Of a DNA stretch of 64,000 bases, positions 12,483 through 26,979 are shown piece after piece (the first letter of the stretch is position 1; every line of letters starts with the position of its first letter). This DNA is from Eledone cirrhosa (Eukaryota): contig OZ024748.1 in the NCBI GenBank assembly GCA_964016885.1, positions 22,320,001-22,384,000 on the forward strand, given 5' to 3'. A program made the translations under genes and the position numbers. The notes under the pieces are model-generated. The model did no database searches. It was not told where the DNA came from and saw only the letters and a program-made list of their open reading frames with translations.

Positions 12483-13027
12483 TGCACGCACACACACATA
12501 TATATGTGTGTGTGTGTGGGGGGGCTATGAAGATGTTTTCATATGTGTGTGTATGCGTGTCTGTGCGTGCTTGTGTTATATTTGTTATACGTGTATGTTA
12601 TTGTGTCTGCAAACGAGCTTGTATCAGTCCGCAAAAGACAATTTATAGCTAATTATCTGATTTCTAAACGTTACTTTAAGTGTTATTCTTTGGATAAGAA
12701 AATCTCCATCGTTCCCAGACATTGCCTGTAAAATCTTTCAATGACACAATCATGTGATGTGGAAGACATTTTCTGTGCATTACAAATAATTTCCGAGGTG
12801 GTATCTAATTACATCGAGGTTCTCAGGACTTGTTAGGAAAATAACTGACTTGCATAACGAAAGCTTCTTCCGAATAAACTAAGGAATTTTTCTGCTTCCT
12901 TTTTTCTTCATTTGTTACTGAACCATTCCAACAAATCTGGTAATCTTTTCACATAACAAACATGCGTCTATTCTGTGTAATAATACTCCACCTTCTCTAT
13001 CTCTCAGTCCTTCTGTTTCTCTCTCTC

Positions 13028-13098
<71 letters not shown>

Positions 13099-13205
13099 AT
13101 CTATCTCTATCTCTATCTCACTCTCTCTCTCTCTTTCTCTCTCTCTCTACTGATTAGGAACACAAAATACATCTATGTAAGTGTATATAATAAATATATA
13201 TATGA

Positions 13206-13302
<97 letters not shown>

Positions 13303-13493
13303 TGTTTGTGTGCGATGTGTTTTAGCTAGTATAGACTTGTATTTAATTGTTGGCTAAGTTTGTTTATGGAAAACATATATACACATATGCATATAATACC
13401 TATATATAGTTATTTTCATTGCATATGTGTATAGGTGTGGTTACATACACACACACACTCCCACACACACACGCACACACACTCACACACACA

Positions 13494-13572
<79 letters not shown>

Positions 13573-13696
13573 TCATGAGGTAGAGATTCTGGGGCCATCT
13601 CCAGCAGTTGCAGCTTACAACCTCTTCAAGCTACTCAACTAATATACCCACTTTGCATCCCACTCAGGTCATACTTCGTATATATATATACATCTC

Positions 13697-13779
<83 letters not shown>

Positions 13780-13861
13780 TATGCAAATTAGGCTGCTCAG
13801 CCGTTAATTTTCATAAGGAAAGTATATACTTTCGAACGTTCAACTATCTGGCAGATGGGTA

Positions 13862-13906
13862 AACGGTGCTGATGATAGCTAACAAGCTTGAAACTAGTAC
13901 ATCGTT
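13862..13906 (+). ncRNA. Minimal type I HHR, family J (element ~13778-14212; rearranged copy 15347-15763)
   Basis: AACGGTG-CTGATGA-TAGCT AACA AGCTT-GAAACTAGTA-CATCGTT. Palindromic ACTAGT, GUA triplet. Confidence 0.85.
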
Positions 13907-14231
13907 CCTGTGTCAGTGTTGAACAAAAAGGTGACGTGGTTGCCTTAACACCGTATGGCATAAATTCAGGCTGTTCAGTTTGTTTACAAACGAACAAAGC
14001 GACGTTATAATAAGCGCCGCTAAACTGATACGTGCATATATGTATGTGTACCTGTATGCATATGTATATATATATGTATATATATATATATATGTGCATG
14101 CTACTGTACGTCTGTATACATATATGTATGTACGTATACATGCATACTTACATTTAAGTAAGTGCCATACTAAGAGTGAGAAATGAAATTTCGTTTTCAT
14201 TTTGTTTCAATTTATATATATATATATATAT

Positions 14232-14542
14232 AGAAAAAGAGATGAAATCGAAAATGCAACTGGAGTCTTATTTTTTTTGGTTTCTTTACCGGTTTCGCAG
14301 TTCTTCTGCTTTTCAAAAGTAGAGTTGAGATGGAGGGTCTGTGGTTTTTCTCACATCCCTCCATCTCAACTCTACTTTTGAAAAGCAGAAGAACTGCGAA
14401 ACCGGTAAAGGAACCAAATAAATATATATATTTAAAAAAAAAATAAGACTCCAGTTGCATTTTCGATTTCATCTCTTTTTCTTTATACTTTCACTCGTGT
14501 AGGACACCTCGGTTATTTTTCAATTTGTAAAAAAAACCTCAC

Positions 14543-14548
<6 letters not shown>
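14232..14548 (+). mobile_element. PLE-like family H fold-back with HHR variant (14375-14410 plus, 14284-14319 minus). Second copy 22753-22880
   Basis: CTT-TTGAAAA-GCAG AAGAA CTGC-GAAACCGGTA-AAG. Arms ~14232-14337 / 14357-14482. Confidence 0.7.
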
Positions 14549-14634
<86 letters not shown>

Positions 14635-14693
14635 AAATGTTCGCTCTACATAGCTGAATGCAATAAATGTAATCTGAGTTTTTCGAATATTAA

Positions 14694-14882
14694 TAATTGT
14701 TTCTACGTTTGGCACAAGGCCAGCAATTACCCAGTGCATTACTGGTACTTTATTTTATCGACCTTGTAAGGATGAAAGGCAAAGTTAACCTCGTCGGGAT
14801 TTGAACTCAGAATGGCAAGGACCGTAACTCTATACGTCAAAGCATGGCGTCCGACCGTCTACCAATACTGCCAATCCACCGC
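14694..14882 (-). mobile_element. Deu/Nin SINE inserted in the left arm of a fold-back
   Basis: Full consensus. Flanks rejoin to the reverse complement of ~15165-15288. Confidence 0.85.
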
Positions 14883-15096
14883 GATTCGTTTGCAATTATG
14901 CAAACAAGCCTCAATTTTATAGCCATGTCAGTAGAATGAACCCTTCATTCTTGCTCTTGTGTTGGCTGATCAGTGGATCTGCTAATATGCAGATCTGACT
15001 GCTCAGCCAGTCTGCTAATATGCAAAATCAGGCCGATTAGTCACAGTATATTTTTGAAAATAGCATATATTTTCACTAGCTCTGACAGTTTGGCAG

Positions 15097-15162
15097 GTGA
15101 ACAGTGAATTGTACTGATGAAGGGTGATACCCAGAAACATTAGTGTCTGCAGTTCTGTTCAC
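15097..15162 (+). ncRNA. Type I HHR with extended stem I (in fold-back 14629-15288)
   Basis: GTGAACAG-TG-AATTGTA-CTGATGA-AGGGT GAT ACCCA-GAAACA TTAG TGTC-TGCAGTT-CTGTTCAC. GUC triplet. Confidence 0.85.
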
Positions 15163-15284
15163 ATGCCAACATAAGAGCAAGAATGAAGGGTTCATTCTAC
15201 TGACATGGCTATAAAATTGAGGCTTGTTTGCATAATTGCAAACGAATCGAATGTTATTATTAATATTCGAAAAACTCAGATTAC

Positions 15285-15349
<65 letters not shown>

Positions 15350-15760
15350 TATGCATGTATATGTACATACATATATGTATACAGACGTACAGTAGCATGC
15401 ACATATATATATATATATATACATATATACATACATATGCATACAGGTACACATACATATATGCACGTATCAGTTTAGCGGCGCTTATTATAACGTCGCT
15501 TTGTTCGTTTGTAAACAAACTGAACAGCCTGAATTTATGCCATACGGTGTTAAGGCAACCATGTCACCTTTTTGTTCAACACTGACACAGGAACGATGTA
15601 CTAGTTTCAAGCTTATACGTCTGTATACATATACATACGTCTGTATATATGTATACATACGTCTGTATACATATATGTATGTACGTATACATACATACTT
15701 ACATTTAAGTAAGTGCCATACTAAGAGTGAGAAATGAAATTTCGTTTTCATTTTGTTTCA

Positions 15761-15816
<56 letters not shown>

Positions 15817-15977
15817 CAAATAATAAAAAAAAAAACAGCAAAACATTTAAAGAAAAGCAATATATATATAGTACCGGTTTCAGCCGATAATTATTTCGCC
15901 TTCTTCATACTATAGGAAATATGATAAAAAGTATATAATAAAATTAAGGTGTATGTTAGAAGGTATTAGATAACATA

Positions 15978-16042
<65 letters not shown>

Positions 16043-16062
16043 AAGGAGAAGAAGAAAAAGAT

Positions 16063-16108
<46 letters not shown>

Positions 16109-16299
16109 AATAATATACATATACATATATATATATATATATAGGAACCAGTAAGACCCCGACGGCTGAGCTCAAGCGGTCGAAACGACTTGAGCTCAGC
16201 CGTCGGGGTCTTACTGGTTCCTATTACCCACTCTACTACCCTATGTATTGAGTACTTTGGTGCGTTATGGTCCACCTGGTTCCTTACCACATTTCCTTC

Positions 16300-16335
<36 letters not shown>

Positions 16336-16362
16336 CAAATCGTCCTTTTTATTATTATTTAT

Positions 16363-16493
16363 GGCCCTTTACGTTCTGTGTACAAATCCCGCCGAGGTTA
16401 ACTTTGCCTTTCATCTTTACAGGGTGGATAAAATAAAGTACCAGTAATGCACTGGGGTAATTGCTGGCCTTGTGCCAAAAGTAGAAACAATTA
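16363..16493 (+). mobile_element. Deu/Nin SINE, 5'-truncated
   Basis: Consensus match from the box B region to the tail. Confidence 0.8.
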
Positions 16494-16549
16494 TTATGTA
16501 TATATATATATATTACACATTTACGGACACACATATATATGTGCATGTA

Positions 16550-16580
<31 letters not shown>

Positions 16581-16581
16581 T

Positions 16582-16625
<44 letters not shown>

Positions 16626-16723
16626 TGTGTGTGTCTGTGTGTTTGTGCGTGTGTCTGTGTGTGTGTTTGTGTGTCTGTGTGTGTATGTGTGCGTGCGTCT
16701 GTGTGTGTGTGTGTGTATGTGTA

Positions 16724-16769
<46 letters not shown>

Positions 16770-17422
16770 TGCGTGTGTCTGTGTGTATGTGTGTGTGTGT
16801 GTGTGTGTCTGTGTGTGTGTGTGTGTGTCTGTGTGTGTGTATGTGTGTGTCTGTGTGTGTCTGTGTATGTGTTTGTGTGTGTGTGTCTGTGTGTGTGTGT
16901 CTGTGTGTGTGTGTCTGTGTGTGTCTGCGTGTGTGTTTGTGTATGTATGTGTGTGTGTGTGTGTCTGTGTGTGTGTCTGTGTGTGTGTGGCTGTGTATGT
17001 ATGTAGGTGTGAGAAGATGTACTTTTCAGTGAAAGTAAAAGTCAACAGATAGGCGTTCGTTAATTAGGCCAATCCAGTCTGACAAGGTTGTATTCCAATA
17101 TAGGTTTGACTGGATCTGTTGATTCTTGCTTTCAAACCAACAAATTATGGCTTCATTAATAACTAGCCGTTAAGTCAAACATATTCTAACTCTAAGTATC
17201 CGGTTGAGAAACATTGGTGACAGTAGTGAAAGGGTGATCCACATACCGGACAAATAACTTGAATGACGTCACCTGGGCTACAGTCTTTGATCTTGAATTT
17301 ACTGTATCAGCGAATGTCTGAATCCAACAGCTGGGAGTATCTGGTGCCAGTTTGGCCACTTATGGATATACAATGGCACTTTGGTGCGAATGACAGTGTG
17401 AAATATTACAATACTTACACGT

Positions 17423-17520
<98 letters not shown>

Positions 17521-17641
17521 ATGTATATATATATAAGACTAATTACTTAAAACGTAAATACATATAAAACAAACCACCAAAGCTATTCACGAACTCGAAC
17601 AAATATATATATGTGTGTGTGTGTGTATGTGTGTGTGCGTT

Positions 17642-17694
<53 letters not shown>

Positions 17695-17725
17695 ACACAT
17701 AATATATATATATATATATATATAT

Positions 17726-18154
17726 AATAATGATGGCTGTGCGTTGCAAATGGTTGGGCATATGAAAAAGTAAGTCCTTCATCAGTGACCCTCCAACCGT
17801 CCCAGGCATTTCATTGCTTTAAGGGCCATATGCCTCAGGTTCGTGCGAACAACGGCTAAAAAAAGTCGTTGGGACACGTAAATAAAGGGGACGTTAGGGT
17901 AACAAACAAAAAGGTTTAAGCAACGGAAAGTGAGAAGAAATAGACAAGTCCCAGATCTCTATGAATATAAACTCGGTGAAATCGTGAACAAGAGACGAAA
18001 GACCATCAAACCTGGTTGAAATGTGAGCAAGGAAAGAATTTCGCACAGGTCTAACGGGGGGGAAGAAGAAGAAGAAGAAGAAGAAGAAGAAGAAGAAGAA
18101 GAAGAAGAAGAAGAAGAAGAAGAAGAAGGGGTCTGGTCTACGAATTCGGTAAAC
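17726..18154 (-). mobile_element. Family K element with permuted HHR-like motif (17774-17875)
   Basis: Diverged homologue of 50604-51324. Flanked by duplicated ATATATCCACACATAATATA (17687, 18155). Confidence 0.7.
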
Positions 18155-18427
18155 ATATATCCACACATAATATATATATATATATATATATACACTCACA
18201 TAATATATAGGCTCCCGAGAATAGGTATATTCATTTTATCAAAGAAATGATTTCTACGGGACTGGAACTCACCATGATGGTTTCTTACGAATGAAACAGT
18301 TCTAGCCCTGTAGAAGTTATTTCTCTAATAAAATGTATATATATATATATATATATATATTTAGCTGATCAACAGCGAAATGCGCGTCTCCAGTCAATAA
18401 ACGTAATTATCATTATTATATATATAA

Positions 18428-18617
18428 GGGCTGTGGATTGGCAGTATCGGTAGAGGGTTGGACGCCATGCTTTTCAGCATAGTTACGTCCCTTTACGATC
18501 TGAGTTCAAATCCCGCCGAGGTTGACTTTGCCTTTCATCCTTACGGGGTCGATAAAATAAAGTACCAGTAATGCACTGGGTAATTGCTGGCCTTGTGCCT
18601 AAAGTAGAAACAATTAT
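18428..18617 (+). mobile_element. Deu/Nin SINE, full length
   Basis: Boxes A and B, central domain and tail. Confidence 0.85.
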
Positions 18618-18835
18618 TATATATATAGGGGAACGGCCGTTCCCTTGTCATTTTAATTTGGATAGCCTCGAGAACGTAACCTTATTATGTAAGAAGCTGT
18701 CTGATGAGATCATGACACTGTTTAAGCGGAATTGCGTGGCCACTGTCGTCATTGAAATATGTATCACAGCCTTATCAACAAAGGACTTTAACATCTGAAA
18801 CTACTTTGAATTTTCATATTATATATATATATATA

Positions 18836-19184
18836 TTCCGGTAGTAAAGGTAAAGGAAAGAAGAGTGCTCTATATATAATACAGAGCTATTTAATTATAT
18901 AATAAACAACTCAATATAAATATTCCATTACCCAAGGTTTCACGAAGTTAGACGAGTCTAACAGAAACGTCTAATTTGTTCTTAAGTTGAAATATCTGTT
19001 ATGGATATAAGATTTGAAATTAAATCAGTCTTACTTTCATTTGTAATAGATTTTAATTTTAAATCTTATATCCATAACAGATATTTCATCTTAAGAACAA
19101 ACTAGAGGTTTCTGTTAGACTCGTCTAACTTCGTGAAAACTTGGGTAATGGAATAATTATATTGTGTTGTTTATTATATAATTA

Positions 19185-19190
<6 letters not shown>
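18836..19190. mobile_element. Fold-back element, family I (arms ~18893-19028 / 19050-19188). Terminal fragment also at 11107-11200
   Basis: Long imperfect inverted repeat in (TA)n. Only a GAAACC-TTG-GGTA half-motif is visible. Confidence 0.65.
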
Positions 19191-19804
<614 letters not shown>

Positions 19805-19857
19805 TATTTCGGCCTGTCGAAACAGCTTGAGCTCTGTCGTCGGGGTCTGACTCTTTT

Positions 19858-19912
<55 letters not shown>

Positions 19913-20117
19913 TAAAATAACAAATTAAAGTTTAAACAAAGAATCGCTCCTTTCACCCATAACGGGATCTTCTGTGGAAGCAGCGATTCTTTGCTTAAAC
20001 TTTGATCTGTTATTTTAATAAATATTTGCTCTACGGTTCTTATTTATTTAATATATATTTATCCTTATCGAGCCCTCTTTGGATTCATAGTTTAGTCTTC
20101 ACATTTATTATTATTAC

Positions 20118-20275
<158 letters not shown>

Positions 20276-20436
20276 TATATATGCGTGTGTGTGTGTGTAT
20301 GTATATATATATATAACTTTAACTTTGATAACTTTGATAGGTTTCGGCCAGTATTGGCCCAGGCCATGTCTAACTTAATAGCATCATATATATATATATA
20401 TAAGCACATACACGCTCACACACACACACACACACA

Positions 20437-20477
<41 letters not shown>

Positions 20478-20610
20478 GTGTGTGTGTGTGTGCGCGTTTG
20501 TTTCATATTTAAGTAGTAAAGATCTATATTTTAAAGGAGAGAAAAATGTGACGTCATGCTCTTCCCAAATGATTTAGCATCATCGTTGATAGAGTATGAC
20601 AGAATTAAAG

Positions 20611-20707
20611 AGTGGGTGTGTCAGAGGCAGTGTATGGGTGTGTCAGAGGCAGTGTGTGGGTGTGTCAGAGGCAATGTGTGGGTGTGTCAGAGGCAATGTG
20701 TGGGTGT
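20611..20707. repeat. 22-bp minisatellite, ~4 copies
   Basis: Unit GTGGGTGTGTCAGAGGCARTGT. Confidence 0.85.
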
Positions 20708-21060
20708 ACCAATGATAGCGCGGGTGGGTGTGTCTGAAAGAGCGGTGTAACAAGTCGTTCAGTCAACATTTGGCGTTAATGAGTATATCATACATCTCTA
20801 GTGATATGTGAAAATTTGACAGGGTTAATCCAACGTAAGCCAAACCGCTTAGCTCCAGCGTATAATTACATATCTACCTGTAGTTAATAATTACACACTC
20901 ATTAAGTTAATTCGATGCCGTCGGCAATAGAGAGAGGCTGTGTGAGGGTTATAATAGCTTAGGGTTGTTTATTGTGAATAATGTGTTGGATGAGAAGGTT
21001 AGTAAATGGTAATAATCACAGTGACGGCCCTGTAATGCTTTAGTTGCGCCTAAGGGGTTG

Positions 21061-22124
21061 TAGTGGTGGTCGTGGTGGTAGAGGTGGTGGTGGTAGTGGT
21101 GGTGGTGGTAGTGGTGGTGGTGGTGGTGGTGGTAGTGGTGGTGGTGGTGGTAGTGGTGGTAGTTGAAGTGATGGTAGTGGTGGTGGTGGTGGTGGTAGTG
21201 GTGGTCGTAGTGGTAGTTGTAGTGGTGGTAGTGGTGGTGGTGGTGGTGGTGGTAGTGGTGGTGGTGGTGGTAGTGGTGGTGGTGGTAGTGGTGGTGGTGG
21301 TAGTGGTGGTGGTGGTAGTGGTGGTGGTGGTGGTAGTGGTGGTGGTGGTAGTGGTGGTGGTGGTAGTGGTAGTGGTGGTAGTGGTGGTGGTGGTGGTGGT
21401 AGCGGTGGTAGTAGTAGTGGTGGTAGTGGTAGTAGCGGTGGTAGTGGTAGTAGCGGTGGTAGTGGTGGTAGTGGTACTGGTGGTGGAAGTGGTGGTGGTA
21501 GTAGTGGTAGCGGTGGTAGTGGTACTGGTGGTGGTAGTGGTGGTGGTAGTAGTGGTAGTGGTGGTGGTAGTGGTAGTTGTAGTGGTAGTTGTAGTTATAG
21601 TGGTAGTGGTAGTAGTAGTTGTAGTGGTAGTTGTAGTGGTGGTTGTAATGGTAGTTGTATTGATAGCGGTAGTGGTGGTAGTTGTAGTGGTGGTTGTAGT
21701 TGTAGTGGTAGTGGTAGTTGTAGTTGTAGTGGTAGTGGTAGTTGTAGTTGTGGTGGTGGTGATTGCTGTAGCTGTAGTTGTAGTGGATATGGTAGTGGTG
21801 GTGGTAGTGGTGGTGGTAGTGATAGTGGTAGTGGTGGTGGTAGTGGTGGTGGTAGGGTGGTAGTAATGGAGGATTGAGATATCTGTAGTGGTGATAGTAG
21901 TGATGGGCTAATTTGTCGTAGTGATTGATGCTCTGGTGGTGGTGGTAGTGGTAGTGGTGATGTTGGTGGTGGTGGTTGTAGTGATGGTGGTGGTAGAGGT
22001 GGTGGTGGTGGTGGTAGTGGCGTTAGTGGTGGTGGCGGCGGTGGTGGTAGAGGTGGTGGTGGTGGTGGTAGTGGCGTTAGTGGTGGTGGTGGCGGTGTTG
22101 GTAGAGGTGGTGGTGGTGGTAGTT
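21061..22124. repeat. (GTG/GTA)n trinucleotide array
   Basis: Direct inspection. Confidence 0.95.
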
Positions 22125-22132
22125 GCGTATAT

Positions 22133-22163
<31 letters not shown>

Positions 22164-22362
22164 GGGAAAACGTTTAACCCCGACGGCAGAGCTCAAGCCG
22201 TTTCGACGGCTATTTCTGGACTATTTGAGTCCAGAAATAGCCGTCAAACGCTTGAGCTCTGCCGTCGGGGTTAAACATTTTCCTATTACCCACTCTACTC
22301 CTCTAAGTATTGAGTACTCTGCTGCGTTATGGTCTATCTGGTTCCTCACCACACTTCCTTCG

Positions 22363-22421
<59 letters not shown>

Positions 22422-22447
22422 AACACACAACACACACATATATATGA

Positions 22448-22690
22448 TAGAAAAAAATGAGAAAGTTTCGTTTACATATGAAAAATATTTTTTGTGTATC
22501 GAACTACTATGCGCGTTTCGTGGAGGATTGGCTCAAGGTAACCCATACGAGTTAAGAACCCGACTCCAGTATCGATTTGCTCAAATAACAAGTCGATACG
22601 CAATAATTATTTTTCATATCTAAACGAAACTTCCTCGTTTTTTTTCTATTATATACTCTGCCTACGCATAGAGAGCTTGATTTGGTACCC
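22448..22690. mobile_element. Fold-back insert with partial HHR (GAAACGCGCATA on minus)
   Basis: Arms ~22448-22503 / 22595-22648. Confidence 0.45.
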
Positions 22691-22880
22691 ACACCAGTAG
22701 TTCACTCTACTACCCACACCAGTAGTTCACTCTACTACCCACACCCACACAGACCCTCCATCTCAACTCTACTTTTGAAAAGCAGAAGAACTGCGAAACC
22801 GGTAAAGGAACCAAATAAATATATATATTTAAAAAAAAAATAAGACTCCAGTTGCATTTTCGATTTCATCTTTTTTTCTT

Positions 22881-22929
<49 letters not shown>

Positions 22930-22930
22930 C

Positions 22931-23007
<77 letters not shown>

Positions 23008-23010
<3 letters not shown>

Positions 23011-23376
23011 AGGTGAGTTTTATTGTAGTACAATAAAGCAATGCAGATATCGGATAAGAAGCACTCTACAGTTTGTGGGACTGGAGTATGCATAATATAA
23101 GATCAAAAGATGGTTAAAGGAGTTCCATATATTTTATTATGCGCATTTCAAAAACAAACATCATCAAGCAATAATATTTGTGTTTTCATCAGATAAAACA
23201 GGAGAACATGATATGAAGGCTAAAAAACACTTGTTGATAGTGCAAGTGCTTTTTAGCCTTCATATCATGTTCTCCTGTTTTATCTGATGAAAACACAAAT
23301 ATTATTGCTTGATGATGTTTGTTTTTGAAATGCGCATAATAAAATATATGGAACTCCTTTAACCATCTTTTGATCT

Positions 23377-23383
<7 letters not shown>
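23008..23383 (-). mobile_element. PLE-like family G fold-back with HHRs at 23132-23198 (-) and 23278-23344 (+)
   Basis: TTTTAT-CTGATGA-long stem II hairpin-GAAATGCGCATA-ATAAAA. Arms 23093-23233 / 23243-23383. Confidence 0.8.
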
Positions 23384-23427
<44 letters not shown>

Positions 23428-23428
23428 C

Positions 23429-23459
<31 letters not shown>

Positions 23460-23534
23460 GATGAGATTCTACAGGACTAGAACTGTTTCATTCATTAGAA
23501 ATCATCAGGAATCTCCGATTCAACCCGGAATAAC

Positions 23535-23586
<52 letters not shown>

Positions 23587-23708
23587 CGAAGGAAATGTGG
23601 TAAGGAACCAGGTGGACCATAACGCACCAAAGTACTCAATACTTAGGGTAGTAGAGTGGGTCGACGAGAGTAACCATTACACTCCACCACACACTCATAT
23701 ATATATAA

Positions 23709-23757
<49 letters not shown>

Positions 23758-23969
23758 ACACAGACACACACACACACATATATATATAATGTACTATTTC
23801 ATTCATTTCAGTCATTGGATTAAAAAGGAATGAAAATATTACATATTGTATTGAAGACACGACTGTGTTCAATTTTAATGTTTTAAGTTGACAAATTTTC
23901 GTATTTCCATATTAGTTCTTTGTTTGATTTAACAGCGTCTTAATTTCATTAGATAGATGCTCAATAACA

Positions 23970-24386
23970 TAATTGTTTCTACTTTTGGCACAAGGCCAGC
24001 AAATACCCAGAGCATTACTGGTACTTTATTTTATCGACCCCGTAAGGATGAAAGGCAAAGGTAACCTCGGCGGGATTTGAACTTAGAATGGCAAGGGCCT
24101 TAACTCTATGCGTCAAAGCATGGCATCCGACCCTCTACCGATACTGCCAATGCACTCCCCATTTGGAAGTTGTATTTGGAAGATGCTCAATAACATAATT
24201 GTTTCTACTTTTGGCACAAGGCCAGCAAATACCCAGAGTATTACTGGTACTTTATTTTATCGACCCCGTAAGGATGAAAGGCAAAGTCAACCTCGGCGGG
24301 ATTTAAACTCAGAATGGCAAGGGCCGTAACTCTATGCGTCAAAGCATGGTGTCCGACCCTCTACCGATACTGCCAATCCACCGCCC
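23970..24386 (-). mobile_element. Two Deu/Nin SINEs (23970-24150, 24196-24386)
   Basis: Consensus match. AGATGCTCAATAACATAAT precedes both. Confidence 0.85.
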
Positions 24387-24783
24387 TATGTTCAATAATA
24401 TAATATTCCTTTATTGGATTCAATCCCTCGACAGGGTCGGTGCTGGGGCACTACGTTTAAGGGTTTCTAGGTCAAACATCAGTAGACTATTTTGTAAATT
24501 TTGATTCGCGATTCAACCACAGCATAAAGGGCGCCATGTTTGAAAATAACAAAGAATGCAGAATGAAGTCGCCCGTAGCTTTTGCTTTAAATATTTACCC
24601 ATAACTCCTGATTGAGTCGTAGGAGCACCGTAGTGACATACAGCGTTGCTTGGGCATTCTAAACCTGGCGGAGTCTATCCGCTCACCAGGCATATATACA
24701 CAAATAATTTCATCAATAGAGAGAGAGAGAGAGAGAGAGAGAGTGTGTGGGAGAGAGAGAGAAGTAGTAGAGAGAGTGTGGGA

Positions 24784-24843
<60 letters not shown>

Positions 24844-25339
24844 CAGAACAAGTGTGATAGAGAGGAAGTAAGAAAGAGATATAGGAAAAAAGACAACGAT
24901 TGTAATTTACCAGCTTCAATGTTTTATTACTGATAAGAACAGGCTTCATTTAGTTTAAATTTGTCCGACCATGTCCACTTTGCCTTCATCCCTTTAGACG
25001 TGTGTTCTTGTATCGTGTAAGCTTTGTTGTACCCTGTTTGTTTTGTTTGATATTTTTACACCGTTATTTATTTAATCATTAAAAAAGATAAAAGTTCGTT
25101 TGAAATATTTGTGACTTTAGATGTGATGCATATAAAACATACGAGTAATACAACAGAGAATGTCGCAGTATTTCGTTGATTATTGAGCTGAGGATGAAAA
25201 GTAAAACACTTACTATTTCCCTCAACAGCAGAGTTCATGAGAGTCTAACAAAGGTGCTGAACAATTAGAGCACTGATGCATGGCCATACTGAATATCACT
25301 TCCTATAAAAAAAAAACACATCTCTTAATGGAGATTTGC

Positions 25340-25420
<81 letters not shown>

Positions 25421-25448
25421 CCTATCTATTATATATATATATGTGTTC

Positions 25449-25500
<52 letters not shown>

Positions 25501-25745
25501 CATATATATATATGTGTGTGTGTTGTGTGTGTGTGTGTGTATGTGTGTGTGTGTCTGTGTGTGCGCGCGTGCGCGCGCGTGTGTGTGTATATATATATAC
25601 ATATATATATATATGTGTGTGTGTGTGTATGTGTGTATGCATATGTATATCTATCTATCTATATATATATATTTATACTATCATGTATCTATCTATCTAT
25701 CATATATATATATATGTGTGTGTGGTGTGTGTGTGTGCGTCCATA

Positions 25746-25822
<77 letters not shown>

Positions 25823-25897
25823 ATATATGTGTGTGTATGCATATGTATATCTATCTATCTATCTATATATATTTATACTATCATCTATCTATCTATC

Positions 25898-25930
<33 letters not shown>

Positions 25931-26003
25931 CATATGTATGTATATATAAAAAGGCGTAGGACAGAACAAAGGAGAGGCACAAAAACAAAGAAAAGAATCC
26001 CCA

Positions 26004-26046
26004 GTCACTGAAGAGGTCACAGAATGTGTGACGAAAGAACTTTGAC
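26004..26046 (+). ncRNA. Minimal type I HHR-like motif, family D
   Basis: GTCA-CTGAAGA-GGTCAC AGAATGT GTGAC-GAAAGAACTT-TGAC. Confidence 0.6.
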
Positions 26047-26385
26047 AATATATAAACAACTATCTGGTTGTGGAACCAAGCAACCAGCCAGAAATTTAAT
26101 TTATAAATTCCTAAATTTATAAATTTATTATAATAAATTGAAGTGAAAAAACTGGTGCGTGTGTTTCTTATTGGCAACATGACCCTCCCAAAGCATAACA
26201 ATATCGGTTTCAACACACGATTTCAGATAAAGAATCTTGCTAAACAAATTAAGAAACGAAATATATATATATATATATAAACATATATGTGTGTGTGTAT
26301 GCATATATCTATCTACCTATCTATATATATATATTTATACAAACTTCCTCTCTCAATATTTATTCATAAACACATAAATGCCCCC

Positions 26386-26456
<71 letters not shown>

Positions 26457-26524
26457 AACACACACAAACACACACAAACACGTACATACATATATATATA
26501 TATGTGTGTATATATAATATATAT

Positions 26525-26564
<40 letters not shown>

Positions 26565-26586
26565 GATATATATATATACATGTATA

Positions 26587-26662
<76 letters not shown>

Positions 26663-26681
26663 TATATATGTAATCTATCAT

Positions 26682-26842
26682 CATTACTGGTACTTTATTT
26701 TATCGACCCCGTAAGGATGAAAGGCAAAGTCAATCCCGCCGAGGTTGACTTTGCCTTTCATCCTAACGGGGTCGATAAAATAAAGTACCAGTAATGCACT
26801 GGGTAATTGCTGGCCTTGTGCCTAAAGTAGAAAAAATTATAT
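26682..26842. mobile_element. Deu/Nin SINE with inverted 5' segment (hairpin)
   Basis: 26682-26733 is the reverse complement of 26744-26794. Confidence 0.8.
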
Positions 26843-26893
26843 TATATATGTAAACTGTAAATTTTAGTTTAGTCGCTATATACAGATATATAG

Positions 26894-26979
<86 letters not shown>

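Noticed and set aside
15870-15914. HHR-like motif on minus (ATGAAGA...GAAACCGGTA)
   Set aside because: Core and stem II are too degenerate in a single copy to call.
18428-18520. tRNA genes
   Set aside because: Boxes A and B belong to SINE heads. There is no complete cloverleaf, and the SINE body always follows.
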